Positions 7,420-16,060 of a stretch of DNA of 31,438 nt are shown piece after piece (the first letter of the stretch is position 1; each line of letters starts with the position of its first letter). Origin of the DNA: a virus (lineage: Duplodnaviria > Caudoviricetes); the IMG/VR virus record IMGVR_UViG_3300038530_001546, positions 1 through 31,438 of that record; one strand, given 5' to 3'. The notes beneath the pieces were generated by a model that was not told the DNA's origin, made no database searches, and worked only from the letters and a program-made list of their open reading frames with translations. Position numbers and translations under genes: made by a program.

Positions 7420-9093
7420 TCAAAACGGAATATTATCCTTTATTACCTCAAATTTTTTAGTTTCCAAGTCAACATCTTTATAGATTCCGCCATTTTTAAA
7501 ATCCGGTGCCAAATCAAAATCCCCCAATTGGCCGTTTTCTTTTCGTTTAACCTTTTCAATATATATTTTAACAACGTCGGAATTGTATTTTGTACGCTCA
7601 CCAATGCAGCGGTAAACAATCAAACCGTTATAAGCTTTATTAAAAAAATCGGCTGATCCGCTAATATCGTAAAGTGTCGGCTTTTTATACCGTCCGTTTT
7701 CAGATTCTATTTTTCGGGGGTGCGCAACCAAAAACAAATGCGTGTTTGTTTGTTGACAAAATTGCGTTATTTCTGAAAGCGCGCGGCCAATATATGAATG
7801 ATCACGTTGCGCTGAATGATCTAACATATTCCATGGGTCAATAACACAAACGTTGATTCCTTTTTGAAATACTAAATCCCGAAACGCATTTAAAATACCT
7901 TTGAGCGTTAAATTTTCCAAATCTATTTTAACCCAATAAAAATGGTCTTGAATGAAATATTTTGTTTGATTTAATTGGTCGTTGTTGCAATTAGTTTCGT
8001 TTAATTTGTTTGCAATTCGTTTAATGTGGCCTTCATATGGAAATGATTCAGGCGCAAACATAGCGCAACGCATATCGTATTTTAAAGCCATATTACAACA
8101 AATTTGATCCATGACGTCAGATTTGCCCGAATTGGGAATCCCGGTCACAACGGACCATTGTCCTAATTCCATTTTAAAATAATTATCTGCGTTTGGCAAA
8201 CCGATTGAATAATTTTTGACGCCGTTTTCGTTATAAGTTAAAACACTTTGCCAAATATTGTCAAGATTTAAAACGCCTTCCAATGGAAAGTTTTTAGCCG
8301 TTTTAATAACGTTTCGCAAAGTTTCGGCCCCTTTTGTTGTTAATATCTCGTTAGCATCTTTAAAATCGCCAAAATCGACGTATTTGCAACGATACGCGCC
8401 GAAGCGTCGCGCTAATTCATTTCGCAATTGAATGCCTGGATTGTCGTTGTCGGTGCAAAGTATAATTTCTTTTTTGTCTTTAAAGTATTCAAAACAGTTG
8501 TCCAAATATTCCAAACGCTGATTGCCTTTTGACGCGCCGTTTGGCACGGAACAAACGGAATAAATTCCGGCCTCGTGTAATGAAAGCGCGTCAAGTTCAC
8601 CTTCAACAATGTATATTTTTTGCATTGTTTTGATATTATCAAGGCCGTAAAATATTAACTCCGCGCCCGAAACCATTTTAAAATTCTTTTGGCCGTCACG
8701 ATATTTGACATTCACTAAATCATTTTCGCGGTAGTAATTAAAATTAATTGCGCGTCGTTTTTTACCCACTTGAGGAAAATATTGCAATGATTCGCCAATT
8801 TTCCAATGTTGCAACGTTGGTTCGGATATACCGCGATTGACAAACCATTTGATCACGCGTTCGGTCAAATTAACTTTTATTTTTTCCGGGCGAATGAAGT
8901 CTTTTTTCTTTTGAAATTTTGTTGTTCCAGAAAATCCGCAGTTGTGACAATTAAATAAACCTTTGTCAATATCAACGGACAAACATTTGTCGCGTTTGTT
9001 TTTTCGTGTGTGACTGCATTTTGGACATTGTGTTTTTATTTTACCGGTTGTTTTGTTGCCGATATCAATTCCGAAATCGTGAAATGTTTTCAT
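7420..9093 (-). CDS. Primase-helicase (T7 gp4/Twinkle-like)
   Basis: N-terminal Zn finger (CPKC..CHNC), TOPRIM (IVEGELDALS, TDND), Walker A GIPNSGKS, IDPWN and AHPRK SF4 motifs. Confidence 0.92.
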   Translation of the reverse strand: MKTFHDFGIDIGNKTTGKIKTQCPKCSHTRKNKRDKCLSVDIDKGLFNCHNCGFSGTTKFQKKKDFIRPEKIKVNLTERVIKWFVNRGISEPTLQHWKIGESLQYFPQVGKKRRAINFNYYRENDLVNVKYRDGQKNFKMVSGAELIFYGLDNIKTMQKIYIVEGELDALSLHEAGIYSVCSVPNGASKGNQRLEYLDNCFEYFKDKKEIILCTDNDNPGIQLRNELARRFGAYRCKYVDFGDFKDANEILTTKGAETLRNVIKTAKNFPLEGVLNLDNIWQSVLTYNENGVKNYSIGLPNADNYFKMELGQWSVVTGIPNSGKSDVMDQICCNMALKYDMRCAMFAPESFPYEGHIKRIANKLNETNCNNDQLNQTKYFIQDHFYWVKIDLENLTLKGILNAFRDLVFQKGINVCVIDPWNMLDHSAQRDHSYIGRALSEITQFCQQTNTHLFLVAHPRKIESENGRYKKPTLYDISGSADFFNKAYNGLIVYRCIGERTKYNSDVVKIYIEKVKRKENGQLGDFDLAPDFKNGGIYKDVDLETKKFEVIKDNIPF

Positions 9094-9112
9094 TGTTTAT
9101 TGTTTTCAATTG

Positions 9113-9120
9113 CAAAACTA
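9113..9120 (-). promoter_or_regulatory. -7 promoter box TAGTTTTG upstream of the primase-helicase
   Basis: Exact TAnnTTTG in the intergenic gap. Confidence 0.65.
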
Positions 9121-9137
9121 AAAAATATTTTTAAATA

Positions 9138-9776
9138 TTAAAACAATCTTTGTTGAGCCTTATGTTCTTTAATTCTTTTAATGGCTGCCTTAAAATAATC
9201 TTTGTCAAGTTCGCACGCCGTTAAATCAAAACCTAAATTGTGGCATGCAATTGCAATGGTACCGGAACCCAAATGAGTGTCTAAAATTTTATCATTCTTT
9301 TTTGCGTAATTCATTAACAGCCATTCGTAAAGGGATACCGGTTTTTGGCAAGGGTGCCACTTTAATTTGTTTTCCCAATCAATTTTGTTTCCAATAACAT
9401 TGCCAATTGAAGTGTAATGATAAATTTTCATATTTACGCCAAAACTATGTGAAGCTATATCACAATCAGACAATACTTTGGGTGAATTTCTTTTGCCACC
9501 TCCCGTTTTATCGTGTATAATGCGCCCAACATCATCAATAAATTTATTATAATAATTAACTCCAAAAATTATTCTGTTTTTTGTAACTCTAAATAATTCG
9601 TCAAAATATTCTTTGTTTGGTGTTTTATTATTCCAATTAATTTTTTTGTGATGTTTTTGAGATTTTGTACTTCTGAAATCTCCTATTCCATAAGGCGGAT
9701 CAACAATCGCCAAATCAAAATAGTTGTCCGGATACCTTGCCATTAACTCCATATTGTCTTCATTTGTTATTTTCAT
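9138..9776 (-). CDS. DNA N6-adenine/N4-cytosine methyltransferase (beta class)
   Basis: DPPY, HPCQKP, ILDTHLGSGT. Confidence 0.92.
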   Translation of the reverse strand: MKITNEDNMELMARYPDNYFDLAIVDPPYGIGDFRSTKSQKHHKKINWNNKTPNKEYFDELFRVTKNRIIFGVNYYNKFIDDVGRIIHDKTGGGKRNSPKVLSDCDIASHSFGVNMKIYHYTSIGNVIGNKIDWENKLKWHPCQKPVSLYEWLLMNYAKKNDKILDTHLGSGTIAIACHNLGFDLTACELDKDYFKAAIKRIKEHKAQQRLF

Positions 9777-9780
9777 TTTT
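9703..9780. repeat. Direct repeat copy 2 (MTase 5' end)
   Basis: See 7331..7408. Confidence 0.9.
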
Positions 9781-9781
9781 T

Positions 9782-10315
9782 TTAAATTTTTGGCATATAA
9801 TAAAATAAATTTTCAATGTTTTTTAAATCCCTATTTTTTATTTGATAGTTGTTTGTTTTCATTATAAAAGACGTTCCATTGTCTCGACTCATTGTATCGC
9901 CTTTTTTAATATAAATTGATTTTTGCAACAATTCTTTTTTGCTTAAATATCCGCAAATTGTTAATTCGTTTTTTTTCTTGTTTAATGAGCAAAATATATA
10001 TATATCACAATCAAATTTTTTTTGGTGCGCGACAAAATTATTGACAAAATAATCTTTGACATCAACATTGCGTCCCATTGTTTTAACGTCTATTTTTAAA
10101 CCTTTGTAAACCAAATCAAAACCGCCGTCAAACCCATTTTTAATTTTGTGATTAAAACCAAATAAACGTTTGATCATTATTTCGCCAATCAATCCAACAA
10201 ATTGTTGTTCCTTGGTCCCGTTGAATTCAAAGCGGTTGCCAATATTATTTTGATTGACGAAATGCCAAACATCTTTTTTAAGTTTTTCCGGGATTTTAAA
10301 TTTTTTATAAACCAC
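9782..10315 (-). CDS. Putative PD-(D/E)XK nuclease (restriction-endonuclease-like fold); likely start GTG 10315
   Basis: GLIGE..DGGFDLVYKGLKIDVKT fits the E..D..(D/E)xK active site. The ORF-track start at 10351 overlaps the upstream gene more than necessary. Confidence 0.55.
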   Translation of the reverse strand: MVYKKFKIPEKLKKDVWHFVNQNNIGNRFEFNGTKEQQFVGLIGEIMIKRLFGFNHKIKNGFDGGFDLVYKGLKIDVKTMGRNVDVKDYFVNNFVAHQKKFDCDIYIFCSLNKKKNELTICGYLSKKELLQKSIYIKKGDTMSRDNGTSFIMKTNNYQIKNRDLKNIENLFYYMPKI

Positions 10316-11141
10316 AATGTCCGGAATCGCATTCGTTAAAATCATCATCAAAAAGTTTTGTTTGTCGTAAACTGTTTTTTATATTTATATATTTGTATCC
10401 ATTTTTAAATTTTCTTTTTTTATTTTCCTGGTTAATAAACCAATCAAATTTGTTTGGGTGTTTTTCGCTCATGTGTTTTAATAAAACCGGTGAACGATGA
10501 AAACAACCAATGCAGTTGTTCATGTAAGCAAACCGGACATTTTTATTTTTCCAATATTCTTCAATTTGATCTTTATAAATATTGTTTTCAATTAAGGGAA
10601 AAACGGGTTTTTGCCATTCTACAACAGACCAACGATTTTGTTTTCCATTTTTTGATTTTCCAATAATTGTTTTAAATTCCGAATTTCCGTTTTTGTTAGT
10701 TTTTTCCAAAATTTTTTTGGCGCGCCTTTGTTCGTTGGCACGGAATCCGATACGCATTTCAATAACTTCATTTATATTATTAAACCACCATTCAACGATT
10801 GGGCGCAATTTCATTTCGGTTGTGCAAAATCTTTGAACTACGTTTGGCAATCTTTGTTTATTTTCAATAATATTTTCAAAAGTTTTGCCGGCTAACCAAT
10901 TAATTTTTTTGCCGATAAATTGTTCCAAATCTAAAATTGTATAAATTATAGTATCGTCCTCCAACGTTCCGATAAATTCGCGGCCAATTTTGTCACTTAC
11001 AATTTGTCGCAATTTATGATCTGGAAACAAACAATTTTTGTCGTTTGTTGTAATTAAAGCAAAAACATTGAAATCGGCCGGAAAATTTGCCGCGATATAT
11101 GACGAAGTTTTGCCGCCACTTAATGAATTAATTGTCTTCAT
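10305..11141 (-). CDS. PAPS-reductase-family (PP-loop) protein
   Basis: SLSGGKTS PP-loop, RFCTTEMK, IGFRANEQRRA, NNCIGCF and C-terminal ECDSGHCGL. Confidence 0.8.
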   Translation of the reverse strand: MKTINSLSGGKTSSYIAANFPADFNVFALITTNDKNCLFPDHKLRQIVSDKIGREFIGTLEDDTIIYTILDLEQFIGKKINWLAGKTFENIIENKQRLPNVVQRFCTTEMKLRPIVEWWFNNINEVIEMRIGFRANEQRRAKKILEKTNKNGNSEFKTIIGKSKNGKQNRWSVVEWQKPVFPLIENNIYKDQIEEYWKNKNVRFAYMNNCIGCFHRSPVLLKHMSEKHPNKFDWFINQENKKRKFKNGYKYINIKNSLRQTKLFDDDFNECDSGHCGL

Positions 11142-12015
11142 TCAAAACGTATTTTTTTAAATCTTTAAATTCATTTGACATCATTAAACCCCGAATTTGA
11201 AATTCGTGAATGTTGCCATTTTTAGTTTTTGCGCCAATTTCTTTTTTGCCGTTGGACGGATTTTTATATACAAAAAACTCTTGAAGATTTTTAATTTTTG
11301 TAAATCCAACCGGTTTTTGTTTTGCCTTTTGCTGCACCATGAATCGATCAATATATTTGATTCCGTTTTTGTCGGCGTTTCTCAATTTTAAAATTGATAA
11401 AAAATTGTTTTGCCAGAACTGATCATTTCTTAATTGTTTTGAAACGTTGTATACTTCGCGTAAATCGTAACCGTCCAACCTTTGCAATTTGTCCAAACAA
11501 TCCAACCATTTATTTTTTTGGGTTTCTGATTTGGGGCGATATTTTAAATCAAATAATGCTGCAAAATGCGGAAATGCGTTTGTTGTTTTTTCATCAAATT
11601 GGCGCTTTTCCGATTTTGTGTTATTATCTTTTTCTATTTTATTTATATAGTTATATATATTATCCTTTAACTTTTTTTCAAGGGGGGTGTTTAACTTTTT
11701 TTCAATACCTATTGAATTTTTGTTAAAGGGGTCTGCAATAAATATTCGACGTTGTTTGATTTGTTTTGTGCCGGTGTGATATTTATATTTAATTTTTATA
11801 AAGTTGTTGTTTTCCAGGGCCGAAATCCATTTTGAAACACTTGTTTTAGTGACGCCGTATAATTTTGAAAAGTATTCATTTGAAGCATAACAGTAACCGG
11901 AATCATTTGCCAAGGCCGTTATTTCGCCATACATTAATTTTGCGTTTGGTTGTAGTTTTTCACAATATCGAACCGGTGCCGGAATTACAGCAAAATAGTT
12001 TTTTTTGTTTTTCAT
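11128..12015 (-). CDS. Replication initiator-like protein with N-terminal winged HTH
   Basis: YFAVIPAPVRY..AKLMYGEITAL..GYCYASNEYFSKLYGV..VSKWISALE (HTH_36-like), with internal DNA repeats. Confidence 0.8.
   Translation of the reverse strand: MKNKKNYFAVIPAPVRYCEKLQPNAKLMYGEITALANDSGYCYASNEYFSKLYGVTKTSVSKWISALENNNFIKIKYKYHTGTKQIKQRRIFIADPFNKNSIGIEKKLNTPLEKKLKDNIYNYINKIEKDNNTKSEKRQFDEKTTNAFPHFAALFDLKYRPKSETQKNKWLDCLDKLQRLDGYDLREVYNVSKQLRNDQFWQNNFLSILKLRNADKNGIKYIDRFMVQQKAKQKPVGFTKIKNLQEFFVYKNPSNGKKEIGAKTKNGNIHEFQIRGLMMSNEFKDLKKYVLNEDN
11635..11730. repeat. Putative replication origin: iterons plus AT-rich tract
   Basis: tttaactttttttcaa exact at 11666-11681 and 11690-11705, degenerate copy at 11711-11726, adjacent AT-rich tract at about 11635-11665, inside the initiator gene. 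Confidence 0.6.
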
Positions 12016-12037
12016 TCATTCAAAGTAAAAATATTTT

Positions 12038-12283
12038 TTACAAAATCAAATTGTATTTTATACCGTCGCAAAAGGAACGTAATTCGTCAAATATTTTTTT
12101 TAGCTGATCCAATTGAATGTCTTCATCCTCGAATTTATACCAAAGTAACTCAATAAAAAGATCAAATTCAACGCGAGTTGATTTGCCAATATAATTGTAA
12201 GAAACCGCAATATCGTTTGGCGATGATTGCGTAAATCTAATTTTTTGATTTTTGTCGTCGAAATATATTGTTTTATACTTCAT
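12038..12283 (-). CDS. Hypothetical protein (81 aa)
   Basis: ORF track; overlaps the end of the VRR-NUC gene. Confidence 0.7.
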   Translation of the reverse strand: MKYKTIYFDDKNQKIRFTQSSPNDIAVSYNYIGKSTRVEFDLFIELLWYKFEDEDIQLDQLKKIFDELRSFCDGIKYNLIL

Positions 12284-12668
12284 CTAAATTGCGCATAATT
12301 AGTTCATTTTTAAAATATTTGTCAATTGTTTCAATACATTGTTCCAAATCATTTGACCAAATAGCCGCCCAATTGCAGTTTTTAAGCCATTTAAGCCACT
12401 TTTTTTGTCTTTCCGTGGGTTTATTATATTTATATTTTAATTCGAGCGCTAAACCGTTAAAATGACAGTTTGGCGTAAAAATTAATAAATCCGGGATTCC
12501 AGGTTTTGTTCCTAAATATTTCATTTTGTATTGTTCAAACGGTGTTCGTTTTCCTTCATTCATTGGGTGCGTAAATACCGCGTCCGGATGTTGTAATTCT
12601 AAATAATTAATAACAGCGCGCTGCAATTTGTCTTCACCTTTTAAATATTTAGAATACGGATTCGCCAT
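12273..12668 (-). CDS. VRR-NUC domain nuclease (Holliday junction resolvase-like); likely start MANPY at 12668
   Basis: EDKLQRAVI, HPMNEGKR, GTKPGIPDLLI, LALELK and PTERQKKW motifs. Confidence 0.85.
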   Translation of the reverse strand: MANPYSKYLKGEDKLQRAVINYLELQHPDAVFTHPMNEGKRTPFEQYKMKYLGTKPGIPDLLIFTPNCHFNGLALELKYKYNKPTERQKKWLKWLKNCNWAAIWSNDLEQCIETIDKYFKNELIMRNLDEV

Positions 12669-12755
12669 TGCTTTATTTTTTACGTTTTTTATAATACAAA
12701 TATCCAAAAAAACAAAGCGCCAAACAAACCGGGCATGGGTGCAAAATAAACGCAT

Positions 12756-12893
12756 TCACGATTCGGATTTTTTATAAACAATAAACCCGTTGTTTTTTAA
12801 TATTTTTTTTGCCTCCTTAATTTGTTTTTGTTGTTGTCTGTACGCGTGAAAAGTTTCGTTTTCAATCGCGTTGGTTTGGTTTTTATAATTCAT
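12756..12893 (-). CDS. Hypothetical protein (45 aa)
   Basis: Manual: MNYKNQTNAIENETFHAYRQQQKQIKEAKKILKNNGFIVYKKSES; starts just after the MTase stop. Confidence 0.65.
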   Translation of the reverse strand: MNYKNQTNAIENETFHAYRQQQKQIKEAKKILKNNGFIVYKKSES

Positions 12894-12894
12894 T

Positions 12895-13620
12895 TTAAAA
12901 AAGTTTTAATTGTGTTTGTTTTATTCTTTGTTTTGCTATCTCGAAATACTTATTGTCTTGTTCAATCCCTATAAAGTTTCTTTTGGTGTTTAAACAAGCT
13001 ACGCCCGTTGTACCGCTGCCCATTGTAAAGTCTAAAACTGTTTCATTCTCGTTGGTGTAAGTTTTTATTAGGTACTCCATTAAATCTATTGGTTTTTCTG
13101 TTGGGTGTTTTTTATATCTTTTATTAGCGTTGCTTATTTCTATTATAGCTTTTGGATAATACTCATTATTAATAGTGTAATAGTCTAATTTGACCTTACC
13201 AATATGTTCAGGTTGTTTGTTTAATCCTCCCTTTTTTCTTGGCTTACCTCTTTTTTCTTTTATTGGATAGTAATTGTGTTTGTTAAAAACAAGTATGTCT
13301 TCATAAGTTTTTAAAGGCTGTTTTTTTGCGTTTAGTGGATTGCCTCCTTGTTTTTTATCCCATTTCCAATCATATTTGTAATTTTTAATATTACTCATTC
13401 TCAAAGCACTACTAAAAGGTTCATTGCCAAACAAAACTGTTGCACCGTTTGGTTTTATTATTCTGTTTAACTGTTCCCACATAGGCTCAAAAGGTATTAC
13501 ACTGTCCCATTTACATGCTGTTGTTCCATAGGGTGGGTCTGTTATTATAGCGTCTATTGAGGCGTCAGATATTGATTTCATTATTTCAAGACATTCTCCT
13601 TTTACTAAATCTATTTTCAT
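12895..13620 (-). CDS. DNA N6-adenine/N4-cytosine methyltransferase (beta class)
   Basis: TDPPYGTTACKWD, HPTEKP, VLDFTMGSGTT. Confidence 0.93.
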   Translation of the reverse strand: MKIDLVKGECLEIMKSISDASIDAIITDPPYGTTACKWDSVIPFEPMWEQLNRIIKPNGATVLFGNEPFSSALRMSNIKNYKYDWKWDKKQGGNPLNAKKQPLKTYEDILVFNKHNYYPIKEKRGKPRKKGGLNKQPEHIGKVKLDYYTINNEYYPKAIIEISNANKRYKKHPTEKPIDLMEYLIKTYTNENETVLDFTMGSGTTGVACLNTKRNFIGIEQDNKYFEIAKQRIKQTQLKLF

Positions 13621-13994
13621 TTAGTTTGATTTTTAAGTTGTTTTTTTAAAATGTCGTTTTCAATTAATAAAGTATTGTATTTATAAAGCAATGTTTCGGC
13701 GGTCATTTTTTCACTTTCGTAATTACTCAAAACAATCATTTTAATTGTTTCAAAATCAACGCGGAAAAAATCATCAAACCGAATCCAATTATCCAAATTG
13801 GCCAAACCGTATAAAACCGACGCGTGATCCCGGCCAACGGCAGCACCGATCTTTTTCATTGATATTTTACAAACATTTTTTGCGAGCCAAAAATAAACAG
13901 CGCGCGCCATTACAAGTTCGCGATCACGTTTGTTTTGTCTAATGTCACATTTAAAATGTTTGTTTACTAATTTTATTATTTGTTTTAATTCCAT
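13617..13994 (-). CDS. DnaA C-terminal (domain IV)-like DNA-binding protein
   Basis: RDRELVMARAVYFWLA..SMKKIGAAVGRDHASVLYG matches the DnaA signature (IG..F.RDHTTV); C-terminal coiled coil. Confidence 0.8.
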   Translation of the reverse strand: MELKQIIKLVNKHFKCDIRQNKRDRELVMARAVYFWLAKNVCKISMKKIGAAVGRDHASVLYGLANLDNWIRFDDFFRVDFETIKMIVLSNYESEKMTAETLLYKYNTLLIENDILKKQLKNQTK

Positions 13995-13996
13995 TT

Positions 13997-14752
13997 TTAT
14001 AATATTAAACTTCCGTCGTCGTGAAATTCATTCCAGGAATAACCCGAAACAATACCCGTTTCGCAATAAATTTTCCAATCATCAAACGCCCTTTTCCATG
14101 CTTTGCGGCCTTGATCAATCATTTCGTCGCTTAATGTGTAAACTTCAACCGTGAAAGGATGATTTGTTTCAACGGCAATAAATTTAAAATTTTCAATGCC
14201 GCATTGATCCATATAAAAAGCCGCTTGCAAATGATAAGCATATTTATACACGTCACGTCGAAAAGCCGAAGGCGCGTTGTCTTGGCATGTTTTAACGTCC
14301 GAAATAAAACCCGAAACGCGATTAAGACAATCGGGGCGGACCCGAACGTCCAAACCCTCGTGTTTACCATAATGAGACAATTCAATTTCGCCTTGACAAT
14401 ATTTTTTCGCCAAATCGTGTTTTCTAAAGTTTTCCAAAATTTTTGTAATTTTTTCGTGATCATCAAAAGAAACAATTTTTTTGCCTTCGGCTTTTTTTTG
14501 TTCAATTTCAAATTGTTCTTTTCCGGCTTTTGTGCGGCGATCAATTTTTGGCATGACGTGAAAATCTTTGTAATAGAGTTCCGGTTCTAATATGGCGCAA
14601 TGTACCGCCGTTCCAAGCGCCATTGCTGACGATTCAAACGGTTTTTGGTTAATCAAATGATATACCGATTTTTTATAAATAGATTTTAAACCCGAGGCGC
14701 TGATTCCTGGCGAGGAATGATATTTTTCGTTTGTGTCAAATTGTGTTTTCAT
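13997..14752 (-). CDS. RecE/exodeoxyribonuclease VIII-like 5'-3' exonuclease (PD-(D/E)XK, DUF3799)
   Basis: YHSSPGISASGLK, GTAVHCAILEP, RVRPD..SDVKT, YHLQAAFY. Confidence 0.88.
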   Translation of the reverse strand: MKTQFDTNEKYHSSPGISASGLKSIYKKSVYHLINQKPFESSAMALGTAVHCAILEPELYYKDFHVMPKIDRRTKAGKEQFEIEQKKAEGKKIVSFDDHEKITKILENFRKHDLAKKYCQGEIELSHYGKHEGLDVRVRPDCLNRVSGFISDVKTCQDNAPSAFRRDVYKYAYHLQAAFYMDQCGIENFKFIAVETNHPFTVEVYTLSDEMIDQGRKAWKRAFDDWKIYCETGIVSGYSWNEFHDDGSLIL

Positions 14753-14754
14753 TT

Positions 14755-14883
14755 TTATTGTTTTATATCGTTTTCAATTATTTGATAATTATTTATTTCA
14801 TCAATTATTGTTTCAAGTTTATCAATTTTTTTTTGCATTGCTTGAATTCTTAATTGCAAATATTTAATCATCAAATTTTCCAT
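14755..14883 (-). CDS. Small coiled-coil protein (42 aa)
   Basis: Manual: MENLMIKYLQLRIQAMQKKIDKLETIIDEINNYQIIENDIKQ. Confidence 0.6.
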   Translation of the reverse strand: MENLMIKYLQLRIQAMQKKIDKLETIIDEINNYQIIENDIKQ

Positions 14884-14937
14884 TTTGTTAATTTTTTCTA
14901 AAATTAAAAATATATTTTCAATTTACAAAATATTAAT

Positions 14938-14967
14938 AAAAAAAAACGGCCTCACATCTGAAACCGC
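14938..14967 (-). terminator. Rho-independent terminator
   Basis: GCGGTTTCA-gatg-TGAGGCCGT followed by a T run. Confidence 0.75.
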
Positions 14968-14994
14968 TTTTCGCTTTGTTTGTCGTTTTGTCTT

Positions 14995-15231
14995 TTAAAA
15001 CGGTAAATCGTCGGACGTTTCGGCGACCGTTGCCGCTTCCGGCTTGACGTATGGATCGGACAATTTAATTGAAAAGAATTTGCCTTTTGCGCCGTCCTTG
15101 ACCCAAGCGGCTATTTGTTGATTCGTGCCGTCTTGTAATTTAATCGAACCGGAATAATCGGGTTGATTGTCATTTGTTTTGTTGGTGTTTTTGAATAAAC
15201 TTCCATTTCCGTTGTTATGTTCGTATGCCAT
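14995..15231 (-). CDS. Small single-stranded-DNA-binding-like protein
   Basis: GSLFKN..QPDYSG..IAAWVK..FFSIKLS and acidic SDDLPF tail; next to the annealing protein. Confidence 0.65.
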   Translation of the reverse strand: MAYEHNNGNGSLFKNTNKTNDNQPDYSGSIKLQDGTNQQIAAWVKDGAKGKFFSIKLSDPYVKPEAATVAETSDDLPF

Positions 15232-15243
15232 TTTTATTTGTTT

Positions 15244-15747
15244 TTAAATATTAAATTTTTGCTTTATTTGTTCGCTGTATTGTTTTTTCATTAAAAAGCC
15301 GGCCAATACCTTTTCGGCTTGTTCTTTTGTTGCCTTCATTGTCGCATTGAATTGCGCGTCTGTCAGCCATTTTTTACCTTCTTTTATTTTAGGCTTTGAG
15401 GCGTTTTCATTTTTAACGGCGCTTTGTACTTCATCAGCCGAAGCAATTGACGTGTCAATCCCAATACCCAAATAACCCAACGCCCGGCCCAATGCCGAAG
15501 TAAAACCGTTTTCAACAAATGACGTTTTGTTAATATAATTGCTGTCACGGTACTCTTGCGAATGCGCCGAGGCAATTCTAACGCCTTTATTGTCGCTAAT
15601 TGTGACTTTAAAAATACCTTCCTTTTCGTCAATGTGGATCAATGATTCTTTTATTTGCCAACCATTAAATTTTGATTCGCTTCTAAAATATTTTAGACGC
15701 TCGTTAACCGTAATGTATTCGCGCCCCTTAATGTTAATTGTTTTCAT
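15244..15747 (-). CDS. Single-strand annealing recombinase (Rad52/Sak/ERF-like)
   Basis: YITVNERL, INKTSFVENGFTSALGRALGYLGIG, IASADEV; clustered with SSB-like and RecE-like genes. Confidence 0.7.
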   Translation of the reverse strand: MKTINIKGREYITVNERLKYFRSESKFNGWQIKESLIHIDEKEGIFKVTISDNKGVRIASAHSQEYRDSNYINKTSFVENGFTSALGRALGYLGIGIDTSIASADEVQSAVKNENASKPKIKEGKKWLTDAQFNATMKATKEQAEKVLAGFLMKKQYSEQIKQKFNI

Positions 15748-15765
15748 TCTATTAAATTTTAAAGG

Positions 15766-15957
15766 TTATTTAATTTCCAGAATTTCAGAAATACCAAAAC
15801 CGGCGTCAATTAAAATAGTGACTTCGGCAATTGTAAATGAATCCGGATTTTGTAAACGTGATTTTAATGTTGGCATTGTGCAATTAAGTAATTCGCAAAC
15901 ATCGTAACGTTTTAGCTTTAAGCGTTTTAATTCCGCTTTAAATTTGTTTTCAAACAT
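15766..15957 (-). CDS. Cro/Xre-like HTH regulator (63 aa)
   Basis: RYDVCELLNCTMPTLKSRLQNPDSFTIAE; first gene of the early operon. Confidence 0.7.
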   Translation of the reverse strand: MFENKFKAELKRLKLKRYDVCELLNCTMPTLKSRLQNPDSFTIAEVTILIDAGFGISEILEIK

Positions 15958-15980
15958 ATTTTTAAATATTGTATTGACTA

Positions 15981-15988
15981 CAAAAATA
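15981..15988 (-). promoter_or_regulatory. -7 promoter box TATTTTTG of the early operon
   Basis: Exact TAnnTTTG between a terminator and the HTH gene. Confidence 0.65.
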
Positions 15989-16019
15989 AAAAATTTCTTT
16001 AAAATAAAAAAAATATTTT

Positions 16020-16060
16020 AAAAAAAACCGCCGCAAATCAATTCAGAAATTACGACGGCC
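16020..16060 (-). terminator. Rho-independent terminator ending the structural operon
   Basis: GGCCGTCGTAA..TTGCGGCGG followed by T8. Confidence 0.75.

Noticed and set aside
10305-11141. Calling the PAPS-reductase-like gene cysH (auxiliary metabolic gene)
   Set aside because: Only family-level motifs are visible and the context is DNA replication/modification, so no symbol was assigned.
12669-12755. N-terminal extension of the VRR-NUC ORF
   Set aside because: The region looks intergenic (T runs, promoter-like GATATTTG); the domain begins at MANPY.
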